Source of the DNA: Bacillota bacterium
GTDB lineage: Bacteria > Bacillota > Clostridia > Peptostreptococcales > Anaerovoracaceae
Assembly (NCBI GenBank): GCA_041836105.1
Contig: JBGYKY010000016.1
Location: 1 to 37,289, forward strand
Reading direction: 5' to 3'
DNA: 37,289 nucleotides
Notes under the pieces: generated by a model
The model's database searches: none
Told to the model about the DNA's origin: nothing
What the model saw: only the letters and a program-made list of their open reading frames with translations
Program-made: the position numbers and the translations under genes
Shown here: positions 7,077-16,065 of the stretch, one piece after another
How positions within the stretch are numbered: position 1 is the stretch's first letter
How the letters are laid out: every line of letters begins with the position of its first letter

Positions 7077-7826
7077 ATGGAAGCCAAAGTATTTCAAGCG
7101 GAAAAGGTTACCGAAGACTGCATTTGCTGGATTCGGGAATGGTTTGAGGAAAACGGCCGGGGATGCAGCGCCGTCGTCGGTATCTCCGGAGGGAAGGATT
7201 CCTCTCTGGTCGCCGCTCTCTGCGCCCGGGCCCTGGGCGCAGAGAGGGTCATCGGGGTACTGATGCCGGAAGGCACCCAAAAAGACATCGACGCCGCGCA
7301 CCTGCTCTGCAGGCATCTTGGCATCGAGTCTCTTGTTATTAACATCGGAGAAGCGGTCCGGCAGGTCAAAAACGCCGTGACGACGGCTCTGGGTCAAGAG
7401 CTGTCGTCACAATCTGTCATCAACCTGCCCCCCCGAATCCGCATGTCAGTGCTTTACGCCGTATCCCAAACCCGAAACGGCCGGGTAGCCAATACCTGCA
7501 ATCTGAGCGAAGATTGGGTCGGCTATTCCACCCGGTACGGGGATGCCGCCGGAGACTTCTCTCCCCTGGCACACTTGACGGTACAGGAGATCAAGCAGAT
7601 GGGCCGCGTCCTGGGGCTTCCCCCGGAGCTGATCGAAAAGGTCCCCAGCGACGGGCTTACCGGGAAGTCCGATGAGGAAAACCTGGGGTTCACCTATCAG
7701 GAGCTGGATCAATACATCCGGGAGGGCGTGATTGAGGATCCGGCTCACCGAGAAAGGATTGATGCCCTCCATCAAAGGAACCTCTTCAAGCTTCGTCCCA
7801 TCCCCTTTTTTCCCTACGAGGGGTAA
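7077..7826 (+). CDS. nadE: Ammonia-dependent NAD+ synthetase
   Basis: PP-loop VVGISGGKDSSLVAAL. The size (249 aa) and the C-terminal region match NadE. Confidence 0.9.
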   Translation: MEAKVFQAEKVTEDCICWIREWFEENGRGCSAVVGISGGKDSSLVAALCARALGAERVIGVLMPEGTQKDIDAAHLLCRHLGIESLVINIGEAVRQVKNAVTTALGQELSSQSVINLPPRIRMSVLYAVSQTRNGRVANTCNLSEDWVGYSTRYGDAAGDFSPLAHLTVQEIKQMGRVLGLPPELIEKVPSDGLTGKSDEENLGFTYQELDQYIREGVIEDPAHRERIDALHQRNLFKLRPIPFFPYEG

Positions 7827-10492
7827 TCTTTCCTCTGCTCTTTCTCCTGCTCCGGCCTGATGGCCCTTCTGCCACAGGCCTTTTTTCCTGCTGTATTTTT
7901 GTAGATCTCCAGCACCAGTACCGGTACCAGCGCCAAGGCCAGGCCGATCCCGTAGAGGGATGCGGGCAGCGCCGTCAGCCCGAAGGCGGTGCACACCGGC
8001 GGAACGAAAAGCACCAGAGCCACCAGCGCCAAGGATAGCAGGACGGCGCCGTTAAGGATCCTGTTGGTAAAAACGCCTGTCATCCGCAAAGAAAGAGAGG
8101 ACCGCATGTTAAAGGCGTGAAAGGTCTGTGAAAGCGCCAGCACCATGAAAGCCAGCGTTCTGGCGCCCTCCAGTTCTCCCGTATGCGACCAGGCCAGGGC
8201 GAATCCGCACAGAGTCAACAGAGCAAACATCAGCCCCTGCAGAACGATGCGAAGACCGTATCCGTTGGCAAAGATTCCCTCCTCTTTGGGCTTGGGCTTT
8301 TGCGTCATCACATCGTCCCGGACAGGCTCCATGCCCAGGGCGATAGCCGGCAGGCTGTCTGTGATCAGATTGATCCAAAGGAGATGGATAGCCAGGAAGG
8401 GGGATACCTTCCAGAGAACCATGGCTGCCAGCACGATCAGCACTTCCCCGATGTTGGTTCCCAACAAGAATCCGACAGTGTGGCGGATATTTTCATAGAT
8501 TCCCCGTCCCTCCCGGACTGCATCGACGATAGTGGCAAAATTATCATCGGAAAGGATCATATCCGAAGCGCCCTTGGCCACATCCGTTCCCGTAATTCCC
8601 ATGGCGCACCCAATATCGGCCGCCTTCAGGGCCGGGGCATCGTTCACGCCGTCCCCTGTCATGGACACCACGGCTCCCCGTTTCTGCCAGGCTTGAATGA
8701 TCCGGATTTTATCCTCCGGTGAAACCCGCGCGTAAACAGAAATCTCTTCGACCTGGGTCACCAGCTCTTCTTCCGACAGCGCCGACAGCTCCATCCCCGA
8801 TATGGCCCGGTCCCCTTCCTTTAAGATGCCCAGTTCATTGGCAATGGCGGAGGCCGTCAGCACATGATCCCCGGTAATCATGACCGGTCTGATACCGGCT
8901 TCCCGGCATAGAGCGACAGCTGCCGCCGCTTCCGGCCTCGGGGGATCGATCATTCCCAGCAGCCCCAGGAAGGTCAGTTCTGTTTCCAGATCCTCCGAGG
9001 TCATCTCCGGGCGGTATTCATCAATATACCTCACCCCTACGGCCAGCACCCGCAAGGCCCGGCCGCCCATATCCCCATTGGCCTGCCGGCCGCCTTCCAA
9101 ATTTCCAGCGGCACAGCGAGCAGCCATTTCATCAAAGGCGCCTTTAACGATCACCAAAATCCGTCCGTCAGGATCCCGATGGATCGACGCCATCATTTTT
9201 CGATCCGAATCAAAAGGCAGCGTACCCAGCCGGGGATACTGCTCCATAGCCTCGCTCTTTCGGATCCCCCGCTTTTCTCCTTCCATCAGGATAGAGGTTT
9301 CCGTAGGGTCACCGATGGGCACCGGTTCTCCGGTTTCCGCGGCGCCGATTTTCCCTTCAGAGCACAGGGCACCCCAGCGCAGCAGCTCCAGTGCCTGTGC
9401 GGACAGCGGGCCCTCCGTCTTTTCCAGGGTATTGGCCGCAGCAACATATACCTGAGTCAACGTCATCCGATTCTGGGTCAGGGTCCCCGTTTTGTCGGAG
9501 CAGATGACCGAGGTGCTTCCCAGGGTTTCCACGGCTGGCAGCTTTCGGATGATAGCATTCTTCCGAACCATTTTCTGGACGCCCAGCGCCAGTACCACGG
9601 TCACGATGGCCGGCAGCCCTTCCGGGATCGCCGACACGGCCAGCGCTACGGCGATCATGAAAATTTCAACAATCTCCATGCCGTCCAGCAAGCCGAGAAT
9701 AAAGATGACGATGCACACGCCAACGGCCAGCAGGCCAATCCACCTGCCCAGCTGCTCCAGCTTATGCTGGAGGGGTGTTCCCGTATCCTCCGCTCCGGCG
9801 ATAAGCCGGGCGATTTTTCCGATTTCCGTATCCATTCCCGTCGCCGTAATCACCGCCTTGGCTGTACCGTAGGTAACGCTGCAACCGGAATAAATCATGT
9901 TGGTTCGGTCTCCTAAGGGGATATTCCCCTCCTCCAGGATGCCCGCCTGCTTTTCCTCCGGCTCCGACTCCCCCGTCAAAGCCGACTCTTCGGTCTTCAG
10001 GCTGCTGGACTGAAGGATCCGTCCATCGGCGGGCACAAAATCTCCCGCTTCAAGAAAAATCAGATCCCCCGGAACCAGCTCTGACGCGTCGATAACCCGT
10101 TCCTCTCCTTTCCGAATGACTCGGGCTTTTGGGGCTGACATTTTCTTTAAGGCTTCCAGTGCTCTCTCGGCCTTTCCTTCCTGAACGGTCCCGATAATAG
10201 CGTTGAGAACCACGATCAACAAAATCAGGATGGGCTCAAAATACCCTTCCTTTTCCATGAAAGCGATCACAAAGGAAACGCCTGCCGCAGCCAGCAGGAT
10301 CAGGATCATCAGGTCCTTAAACTGGGAAAAAAATTGCTGGATGACCGTTTTTTTTCGGCCCTCCGTCAGACGGTTCAGACCATTTTCGCGAAGCCGTTTT
10401 TGCGCTTCCTCTTCGCTGAGCCCCTGCTCTCCATGGGAAGAAAGCCGGTCCAGCAATTCCTGCTCACTCATCTGATACGGGGTTCTCTGCAT
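7814..10492 (-). CDS. Cation-transporting P-type ATPase (Ca2+-ATPase, P2A-like)
   Basis: CSDKTGTLTQNRM, MITGDH, TGDGVNDAPALKAADIG and about 10 TM segments. The track ORF extends to 10636, but ATG 10492 (MQRTPYQMSEQELL) follows SD GGAAGGAGAGG and lies just after the upstream gene stop at 10506. Confidence 0.9.
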   Translation of the reverse strand: MQRTPYQMSEQELLDRLSSHGEQGLSEEEAQKRLRENGLNRLTEGRKKTVIQQFFSQFKDLMILILLAAAGVSFVIAFMEKEGYFEPILILLIVVLNAIIGTVQEGKAERALEALKKMSAPKARVIRKGEERVIDASELVPGDLIFLEAGDFVPADGRILQSSSLKTEESALTGESEPEEKQAGILEEGNIPLGDRTNMIYSGCSVTYGTAKAVITATGMDTEIGKIARLIAGAEDTGTPLQHKLEQLGRWIGLLAVGVCIVIFILGLLDGMEIVEIFMIAVALAVSAIPEGLPAIVTVVLALGVQKMVRKNAIIRKLPAVETLGSTSVICSDKTGTLTQNRMTLTQVYVAAANTLEKTEGPLSAQALELLRWGALCSEGKIGAAETGEPVPIGDPTETSILMEGEKRGIRKSEAMEQYPRLGTLPFDSDRKMMASIHRDPDGRILVIVKGAFDEMAARCAAGNLEGGRQANGDMGGRALRVLAVGVRYIDEYRPEMTSEDLETELTFLGLLGMIDPPRPEAAAAVALCREAGIRPVMITGDHVLTASAIANELGILKEGDRAISGMELSALSEEELVTQVEEISVYARVSPEDKIRIIQAWQKRGAVVSMTGDGVNDAPALKAADIGCAMGITGTDVAKGASDMILSDDNFATIVDAVREGRGIYENIRHTVGFLLGTNIGEVLIVLAAMVLWKVSPFLAIHLLWINLITDSLPAIALGMEPVRDDVMTQKPKPKEEGIFANGYGLRIVLQGLMFALLTLCGFALAWSHTGELEGARTLAFMVLALSQTFHAFNMRSSLSLRMTGVFTNRILNGAVLLSLALVALVLFVPPVCTAFGLTALPASLYGIGLALALVPVLVLEIYKNTAGKKACGRRAIRPEQEKEQRKDYPS

Positions 10493-10505
10493 AAGCCTCT
10501 CCTTC

Positions 10506-11978
10506 CTATTCCAGCCCATCGAAAATCCGAAGGTTCTCACAGCCGATATCGGCATAGGAAATGGAAAAATACAGGCCGTCACGCACCCCTCTCCAGTCGA
10601 TAGACCTGGTACAAAATTCAATCTCGGAAACACCAATAATGAACTGAATATCGGGAAGCAGCGCCGCCGGATCGATATCTTCCTCCCCTACATCGGTATA
10701 TTGAAGCTTCTCTTCCATGGCTGCTATCAGCATCGCATCGATATCCACACCTTCCCGGAAGACGTCCGAAAGCTCCAGCAGGCGACCGGAGGCATCATAG
10801 CAATAGCTGCTGCGGGCTCGAGACTCGTGTTCTCCCGCTACAAAACCGACTTCCTGAGAAAGACAGGTATACGGGCCCGACTGCAAAACCCAGACATGCT
10901 GACTCGCCCAGACAGTATCGGCATCCGCGCCGACCTGCAGCGCTTCCTCCCACAGGGGGAGGAAAAAGTCGCTCCGGAGCTGGAGCAGCTCCTCGACCTT
11001 TTCCCGGGTAATCTCGGACATATCCGAGGGACGGGAACAGCTCAGCTCTATCGGTAATCCTTCCAGCTCCAGCTCTTGTCGTTCCAGCGCCTCACCAGCG
11101 CTTGGGACATGGACAAACTGATAAACCGGTGGCGCATCCGATTCGTAGATGTTCACTTCAGGATCATAAAACTGCCGGGTGATATCCAGAATTGATGCTA
11201 CATCAGAAAATGGAATGTGAAACTCGATAGCCATCTGCTCCGCGGCAAACTCCGGAGTGTCATAGTCCATAACCAGGGTTATTCCCTGGGGCCCCAGGTA
11301 AAATTTTTGATCCTCCTTAATGCCGGTAAAGGGGGCAACCAGCCTGTCGGTCCACTCATCCTCAGAACCCGACAGCTGCTTGTACAACGAATCGCTCAGC
11401 AGGGTCAAATAGTCGGTTCCCTCCGCAAAGAGATCCCGGAGCTGAAGCTCTCTGCCCGTGTTGAGATCAAAGGTCAGAGGCTCTATGCGGCCAGTATGTG
11501 TCGTGTACTCTTCTCCTACTGCAAACCTTCGATCATCCCGGGCCAAAACAGACAGCACATTGTTATGGTTGAAAGAGAGATGGAGCCATACACCGGTATA
11601 CGTTTCCTCCGCGCCGACGGGGATAGCCCTCCGGATGCCGCGATAGGGCGGCAGCGAACCATTGCGCAGCTCTTCGTACAGCATCTCCAACCGCTGGTTG
11701 ATCGAACCCTCTACCTCCGGATCCCTTAGCCCGTCGATAGCCAGCCTCCGCCTGCTGTCGGTGTCACTGCTGCTCTCCTCCAGCACGACCTCTTCCAGAG
11801 GGTTCACCACCAGATAGGAGATAGCGGCGGCTTGGGTATTTGCGGGAGCACTCCCGGCGCTACCGCTTGAGCTGTTATCCGCTCCCGATCCGGCCGGCCG
11901 GCATCCGGCAAGGAGCACGCCCAGAAGCATCAGAACGATGACAAGCTGTACCCGCCCTCTCTTATTTAGCTCGCACAT
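10506..11978 (-). CDS. Lipoprotein of unknown function with an internal duplication (RsiV/DUF3298-like by motif resemblance)
   Basis: The signal peptide plus lipobox reads LLGVLLAGC. Two similar modules are present: IEPLTFDLNTGRELQLRDLFAEGTDY and SYCYDASGRLLELSDVFREGVDI. Confidence 0.6.
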   Translation of the reverse strand: MCELNKRGRVQLVIVLMLLGVLLAGCRPAGSGADNSSSGSAGSAPANTQAAAISYLVVNPLEEVVLEESSSDTDSRRRLAIDGLRDPEVEGSINQRLEMLYEELRNGSLPPYRGIRRAIPVGAEETYTGVWLHLSFNHNNVLSVLARDDRRFAVGEEYTTHTGRIEPLTFDLNTGRELQLRDLFAEGTDYLTLLSDSLYKQLSGSEDEWTDRLVAPFTGIKEDQKFYLGPQGITLVMDYDTPEFAAEQMAIEFHIPFSDVASILDITRQFYDPEVNIYESDAPPVYQFVHVPSAGEALERQELELEGLPIELSCSRPSDMSEITREKVEELLQLRSDFFLPLWEEALQVGADADTVWASQHVWVLQSGPYTCLSQEVGFVAGEHESRARSSYCYDASGRLLELSDVFREGVDIDAMLIAAMEEKLQYTDVGEEDIDPAALLPDIQFIIGVSEIEFCTRSIDWRGVRDGLYFSISYADIGCENLRIFDGLE

Positions 11979-12882
11979 ATCCAGCCTCCTCTACCAGCTG
12001 CTGCCCTTCCTCCGACAGCAGCCAGCTGATCATCTGCCGAACCGGGCTGTCCACCGGTTCATCCTTGCGGATAACGGCATAATACGCTGTATGTAAGGGG
12101 TAAGAGGTGTCCCGGATGGTTTCCTTGTCCGGATACACGCCATCCACCTTCAGCAGTTTGATCTTTTCATTTCCCCACATATCCATGACAAAATAATAAT
12201 AGGAGTATCCCAGAGCATCCGGCTGGTTGTCGTAGGTGGCTACAGCATCGATCAGCTCGCCCATCTCCGCAACGACCTGCTCTGTGATGGGCTCCATGGG
12301 CGTTTCTTCCCCCATGACCAGCTCCAGAAAGCCCGTCTGGCTGCCGGAGTTTTCCGGGCGCTGATACGCCCGAATCTCCAGATCTGGGCCCCCCACCTCC
12401 TGCCAGTTGGAGATCTTCCCCGTATAAATGTCCCGGATCTGCTCCAGAGTCAGCCCATCTACCGGGTTATCCTCGTTGACCAGGAAAACAAAGCCTTCGT
12501 GGACCACCGGGATCACCTCCATCTCCACTCCTGCCTCTGCAGCCAGGCTCAGCTCTTCTTCCGATGGCCCGGTCACAAAGATGATATCCGCCGTCCCGGC
12601 GATCAGGTTCAGATACGCCGGATGGGTACGGTTGTGCAGCACATAGGTACGAGCTTCTTCCAGCGGCAGGTCCATCAGCCGCGCGGCCAGCGCCTCTGAA
12701 AGAGGGATCGTCACCGTCGATCCGTCCACCACCGGATAGGTGTCCGGTGTGAAGACGGGAGCATCCACCTGGCCTTCTCCGGGCCCCTCCCCTGATCCTG
12801 CGGGATTGCTGCATCCGGCAGATAGCAGCATCAGCAGCGCTGTCAGCAGCAATGCCATCCATCGTTTTTTTTCTCGGTTCAT
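11962..12882 (-). CDS. PstS-family (PBP-like) substrate-binding lipoprotein with no adjacent permease genes
   Basis: Lipobox LLSAGC. DGSTVTIPLSEALAARL, GTADIIFVTGPS and ISNWQEVGGPDLEIRAYQRPENSGSQTGF are typical of phosphate-binding-protein-like domains. ATG 12882 follows SD AGGAGGAG. The track ORF extends to 12930. Confidence 0.7.
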   Translation of the reverse strand: MNREKKRWMALLLTALLMLLSAGCSNPAGSGEGPGEGQVDAPVFTPDTYPVVDGSTVTIPLSEALAARLMDLPLEEARTYVLHNRTHPAYLNLIAGTADIIFVTGPSEEELSLAAEAGVEMEVIPVVHEGFVFLVNEDNPVDGLTLEQIRDIYTGKISNWQEVGGPDLEIRAYQRPENSGSQTGFLELVMGEETPMEPITEQVVAEMGELIDAVATYDNQPDALGYSYYYFVMDMWGNEKIKLLKVDGVYPDKETIRDTSYPLHTAYYAVIRKDEPVDSPVRQMISWLLSEEGQQLVEEAGYVRAK

Positions 12883-12919
12883 TTTTCGTCTCCTCCTTTT
12901 TCCTTTCGTACAGGCGCGC

Positions 12920-13597
12920 TCAGCGCTCAAATACCACCAATCCGCCCAGCGTGGGATGATCCACGTACACTGTCTCCTTTTTCCCGGCAGGGTAGCTCAG
13001 AAGCTTTAGAACAATGAGGACATCCCCCGCAGCGGCCACCAGCATAATGATGGAGATGACGAGCAGCGGGGCAGAGCCCACCCCCATCGCCACGATCCAC
13101 GGGACCAGTCCCAGAAGAAGCCCCGGCATCAGACCGCCCGCCACATACTGCCAGCGGGTCAGCGGATCCACACAGGTACAATAGGGAGTAAGAAATTGTA
13201 TCATAAAACCGAAGCGGATGCTTTTCATGCCGTTGGGCGCCACCAATGCCCAGGTGAGGCCATGGATTCCTTCGTGGAGGAAAAGTGTAAAAAGGATCAA
13301 CAGCAGAAAGGCAAATCCGGTACCCAAGCTGCCCAGGTCAAAGACATATATCTGCGGCCAGCCCTCCGTGTAACCCAGAGAAACGAAGAGGGCTATTGAG
13401 CCGATCATCAGCGGGATCAGCGCTGCCACCGCCACTACGTTGGCAAAGATGAGACTGATGGTCAAGTCCTTGGCGGTGTAGCCCTCGGATTCCAACGCCT
13501 CCCGTATCCGATCAAAATCTGCTTTTCGCCTTTCCTCATTCGGTGTAAGGGCACGGCGACTTTCTGCGCTGCCGACCCCTGTGTTCACCTTCTTCAT
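12920..13597 (-). CDS. Polytopic membrane protein with an HExxH motif (DUF3267-like putative zincin peptidase)
   Basis: LFLHEGIHGLTWAL (HEGIH) is embedded between several hydrophobic segments. 225 aa. Confidence 0.6.
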   Translation of the reverse strand: MKKVNTGVGSAESRRALTPNEERRKADFDRIREALESEGYTAKDLTISLIFANVVAVAALIPLMIGSIALFVSLGYTEGWPQIYVFDLGSLGTGFAFLLLILFTLFLHEGIHGLTWALVAPNGMKSIRFGFMIQFLTPYCTCVDPLTRWQYVAGGLMPGLLLGLVPWIVAMGVGSAPLLVISIIMLVAAAGDVLIVLKLLSYPAGKKETVYVDHPTLGGLVVFER

Positions 13598-13667
13598 CAG
13601 AATCTCTCCTTTCCCTTTCCTCCGGGTATTCCGGGAAACCGTTGGAATATCCGGTTTTCACCTCAAC

Positions 13668-13696
13668 ATTCTACCACGCATACTGTGAAAAGACAA
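13668..13696 (-). promoter_or_regulatory. Sigma-A-like promoter for the DUF3267/SBP/lipoprotein/ATPase gene string (TTGTCT-17-TAGAAT with TG extension)
   Basis: On the minus strand, -35 is the reverse complement of 13691-13696 and -10 is the reverse complement of 13668-13673, preceded by TGg. Confidence 0.45.
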
Positions 13697-13794
13697 GAAA
13701 GCCCTTAAAGGTTTCACGCCGACGGCATACGATCCCGGCGCACTCCCGCCCACCCGAATCCCCCTTTTGCGTTTTTCGTTTTCATACCGCCTGC

Positions 13795-13823
13795 CCTTGC
13801 CAAGCCGCTGCTTTTCCGGTATG
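13795..13823 (+). promoter_or_regulatory. Sigma-A-like promoter (TTGCCA-17-TATGAT)
   Basis: -35 at 13795-13800 and -10 at 13818-13823, about 50 nt upstream of the GTG at 13877. Confidence 0.45.
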
Positions 13824-13876
13824 ATGGAGGGCAGATCGTCTATCGCTTATCGCTGCCGTCGAAGGAGGACATCAGA

Positions 13877-14416
13877 GTGAAAAAGCGGCTCATCGCAGAA
13901 TATTTTCTTTATTTTGTCCTGTATTCCGTGATCGGCTGGATCTATGAGGTTTTTTTGGAGGTCGTTGTCTACCGCTGGGGCTTCACCAACCGGGGTGTGC
14001 TGTTCGGGCCCTGGCTGCCCGTTTACGGGACGGGAGCATTGCTCTTTCTGCTGCTGTGGTACCGGTTGCTTCACCGGAAGCCTGCCAGGGAACGCTTGAA
14101 ATTTCTGCCGGCCATTTTTCTTCTTACCATGCTGACAGCCACAGCGCTGGAACTGATCACCAGCTATCTCTGTGAATGGACCATCGGCACATGGCCCTGG
14201 CAGACGTACGTTAGCTATCCTCTTAATTTTCAGGGCCGGATCGCGCTGAATCCCAGCATCCGTTTCGGCCTGGGCGGCGTATTTTTTCTGTACGTCCTCC
14301 AGCCGCTCTTTGAGCGGCTCCGAAGCCGCCTGAGCGACCGCCAGCTGCTGCGGTTATCGGCGGGACTGTCTGTCCTCTTCGTCTGCGACGCAGCGCTTAC
14401 CCTCCTTTTGAGGTAG
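13877..14416 (+). CDS. Small polytopic membrane protein (putative 'ABC-transporter type IV'/CmpB-like family)
   Basis: YFLYFVLYSVIGWIYEVFLEVV resembles the N-terminus of that family. GTG start with SD GAAGGAGGA 6 nt upstream. Confidence 0.55.
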   Translation: MKKRLIAEYFLYFVLYSVIGWIYEVFLEVVVYRWGFTNRGVLFGPWLPVYGTGALLFLLLWYRLLHRKPARERLKFLPAIFLLTMLTATALELITSYLCEWTIGTWPWQTYVSYPLNFQGRIALNPSIRFGLGGVFFLYVLQPLFERLRSRLSDRQLLRLSAGLSVLFVCDAALTLLLR

Positions 14417-15122
14417 GGCCGGGGGCTGGCTTTTCCCCGCCGCGCCTCCAGCTCTTCAGCTCCTCCTTCTGTTTCCAAGTAATCCGATAGCTCTCCACGG
14501 ATTTTTGGATTGCCTTATTGTGCGTCCATGAATCCAGTCTATGTTTCGTTATGTATGGCAAAATTTCATCATACCGCTTCGCCAACGCTGTAGCAAAATA
14601 CCAGGCGATCATCATGTTGACATAGTATTCGTCAGACCTGATCTCTGCAACCATATCAGAGTATGCAGGATCAAATCCTTCATCCAGGAAATGCTGCATC
14701 AGCATCCCTATCCCGAATCTGACAGTGTACGTTTCCTCTGATCGTATCCAGATCTTTATTTGTTCAAGCAGCTCCGACCGGTGCTTCGCAAACACCTTTG
14801 GAGACATCTGATCGCATGTTGCCCAATTGTCTACGAATGGCAAAAACCGATTCACCTCTTCTATACACTGCTCATACTCCTTCATCTCGGAAAGGATAAA
14901 CGCATGGAGCTGGTTTTCATCAAAGTACCGATGCGGAAGATCCCTCAAATAGTCCAGGATATCTTCCCGAGTGAAAAGCTGCTTTGCATATTTCCGAAGC
15001 TCCGGTGTTCTTACACCGATAATTCTATCCGATTCAACCGTCGGGATAAGCCTGCTTTGGAAATCACGATACTTCCCGTCCTGCAACCGAAACAGCTCTG
15101 CTTTGATTTCCTCACGCACCAT
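14397..15122 (-). CDS. DNA alkylation repair protein (AlkD-like HEAT-repeat family)
   Basis: EIKAELFRLQDGKYRDFQSRLIPT...IIGVRTPELRKYAKQL is the typical N-terminus of the DNA_alkylation family. The gene is AT-rich compared with its flanks. Confidence 0.75.
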   Translation of the reverse strand: MVREEIKAELFRLQDGKYRDFQSRLIPTVESDRIIGVRTPELRKYAKQLFTREDILDYLRDLPHRYFDENQLHAFILSEMKEYEQCIEEVNRFLPFVDNWATCDQMSPKVFAKHRSELLEQIKIWIRSEETYTVRFGIGMLMQHFLDEGFDPAYSDMVAEIRSDEYYVNMMIAWYFATALAKRYDEILPYITKHRLDSWTHNKAIQKSVESYRITWKQKEELKSWRRGGEKPAPGPTSKGG

Positions 15123-15166
15123 TTTTCCATCTCCATTCTCATACCTGGGGCCGGCTTACCTGCTCC

Positions 15167-15985
15167 TTAAAGGGCATCCTTCGGGCAATTCCTGACGCAT
15201 TCCATGCACAAAATGCATTCTGTCCCGTTTGCCCGTTTTCTGGAATTGTCGGTTACATCCACATCCATCGGGCAAACGCTTTTACATTTGCCGCAGGAAA
15301 TACATTTTTTTTGATCGCATGTTATCCTCAGCAAGGAAAAATAGCTCATCGGCTTCAGAAACACGGTGATCGGGCAAACGTATTTACAGAACGCCCTGTT
15401 GTCCTTAAAGGCATACGCAAGAGCAATACCGGTTCCATAATAGGCCACATTGCCGATGATAAATGCCCAGAACATGATCCGTTCAAGATTTCCAGCCTTT
15501 GCCAGGAATAATGCTGACACCAGGAGGAAAGACACCGCAAAGATCATATATCTGATCCATCCGATCGCCTTTCTCGGTCGTTTTGGAACCTTGTAGGGAA
15601 GGAAATCCAGCACCATCATCGTCCAGCAGGCGTATCCGCACCAGCCCCGCCCAAACAACAGAGGCCCAAAGATCTTGGCAACAGCATAATGGATCGTCGC
15701 CGCTTCAAACACCCCGGAGAACAGATAGTACCAGAAGCCTTCTATCTGCATATTCTCATTGCAAATAAGCCCCAGATAGACGAGCATGTACAGACCGACA
15801 AGCAGCTGAACGATGCGGCGAGCATGTCTGTATCCCCTCATAAACAGAAACGCACCGAGTGATATGGACAGGCCGATGTAGCTGAAGTTAAAAAGATAAA
15901 ACAGATTATCCTTCGTCAGCCACAGCACGACTGCTATTATTTCGAATATTGCCAGCATCATTGCCGGCAGCCAGTATTTTTTCAA
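15167..15985 (-). CDS. Membrane-bound 4Fe-4S ferredoxin-domain protein (NapH/MauN-like topology)
   Basis: Several TM helices, followed by CISCGKCKSVCP and CILCMECVRNCP cluster motifs. TTG start with AGGAGG 9 nt upstream. Confidence 0.7.
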   Translation of the reverse strand: MKKYWLPAMMLAIFEIIAVVLWLTKDNLFYLFNFSYIGLSISLGAFLFMRGYRHARRIVQLLVGLYMLVYLGLICNENMQIEGFWYYLFSGVFEAATIHYAVAKIFGPLLFGRGWCGYACWTMMVLDFLPYKVPKRPRKAIGWIRYMIFAVSFLLVSALFLAKAGNLERIMFWAFIIGNVAYYGTGIALAYAFKDNRAFCKYVCPITVFLKPMSYFSLLRITCDQKKCISCGKCKSVCPMDVDVTDNSRKRANGTECILCMECVRNCPKDAL

Positions 15986-16065
15986 GCAGTTCGTCCTCCT
16001 TTGCGACTATCCATCCGGCAGCGAAAGGCGTTGGCGCATTTCCCCCTGACTTTATCGATGAGCCA

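Noticed and set aside
8183-9916. Several plus-strand ORFs of 117-245 aa (8145..8498, 8183..8722, 8880..9455, 9179..9916, 9492..9872).
   Set aside because: All are antisense to the P-type ATPase, whose signature motifs are unambiguous.
10493-10636. A 48-codon N-terminal extension of the ATPase ORF.
   Set aside because: It overlaps the upstream lipoprotein gene. The internal ATG at 10492 has a strong SD and gives a canonical P-ATPase N-terminus.
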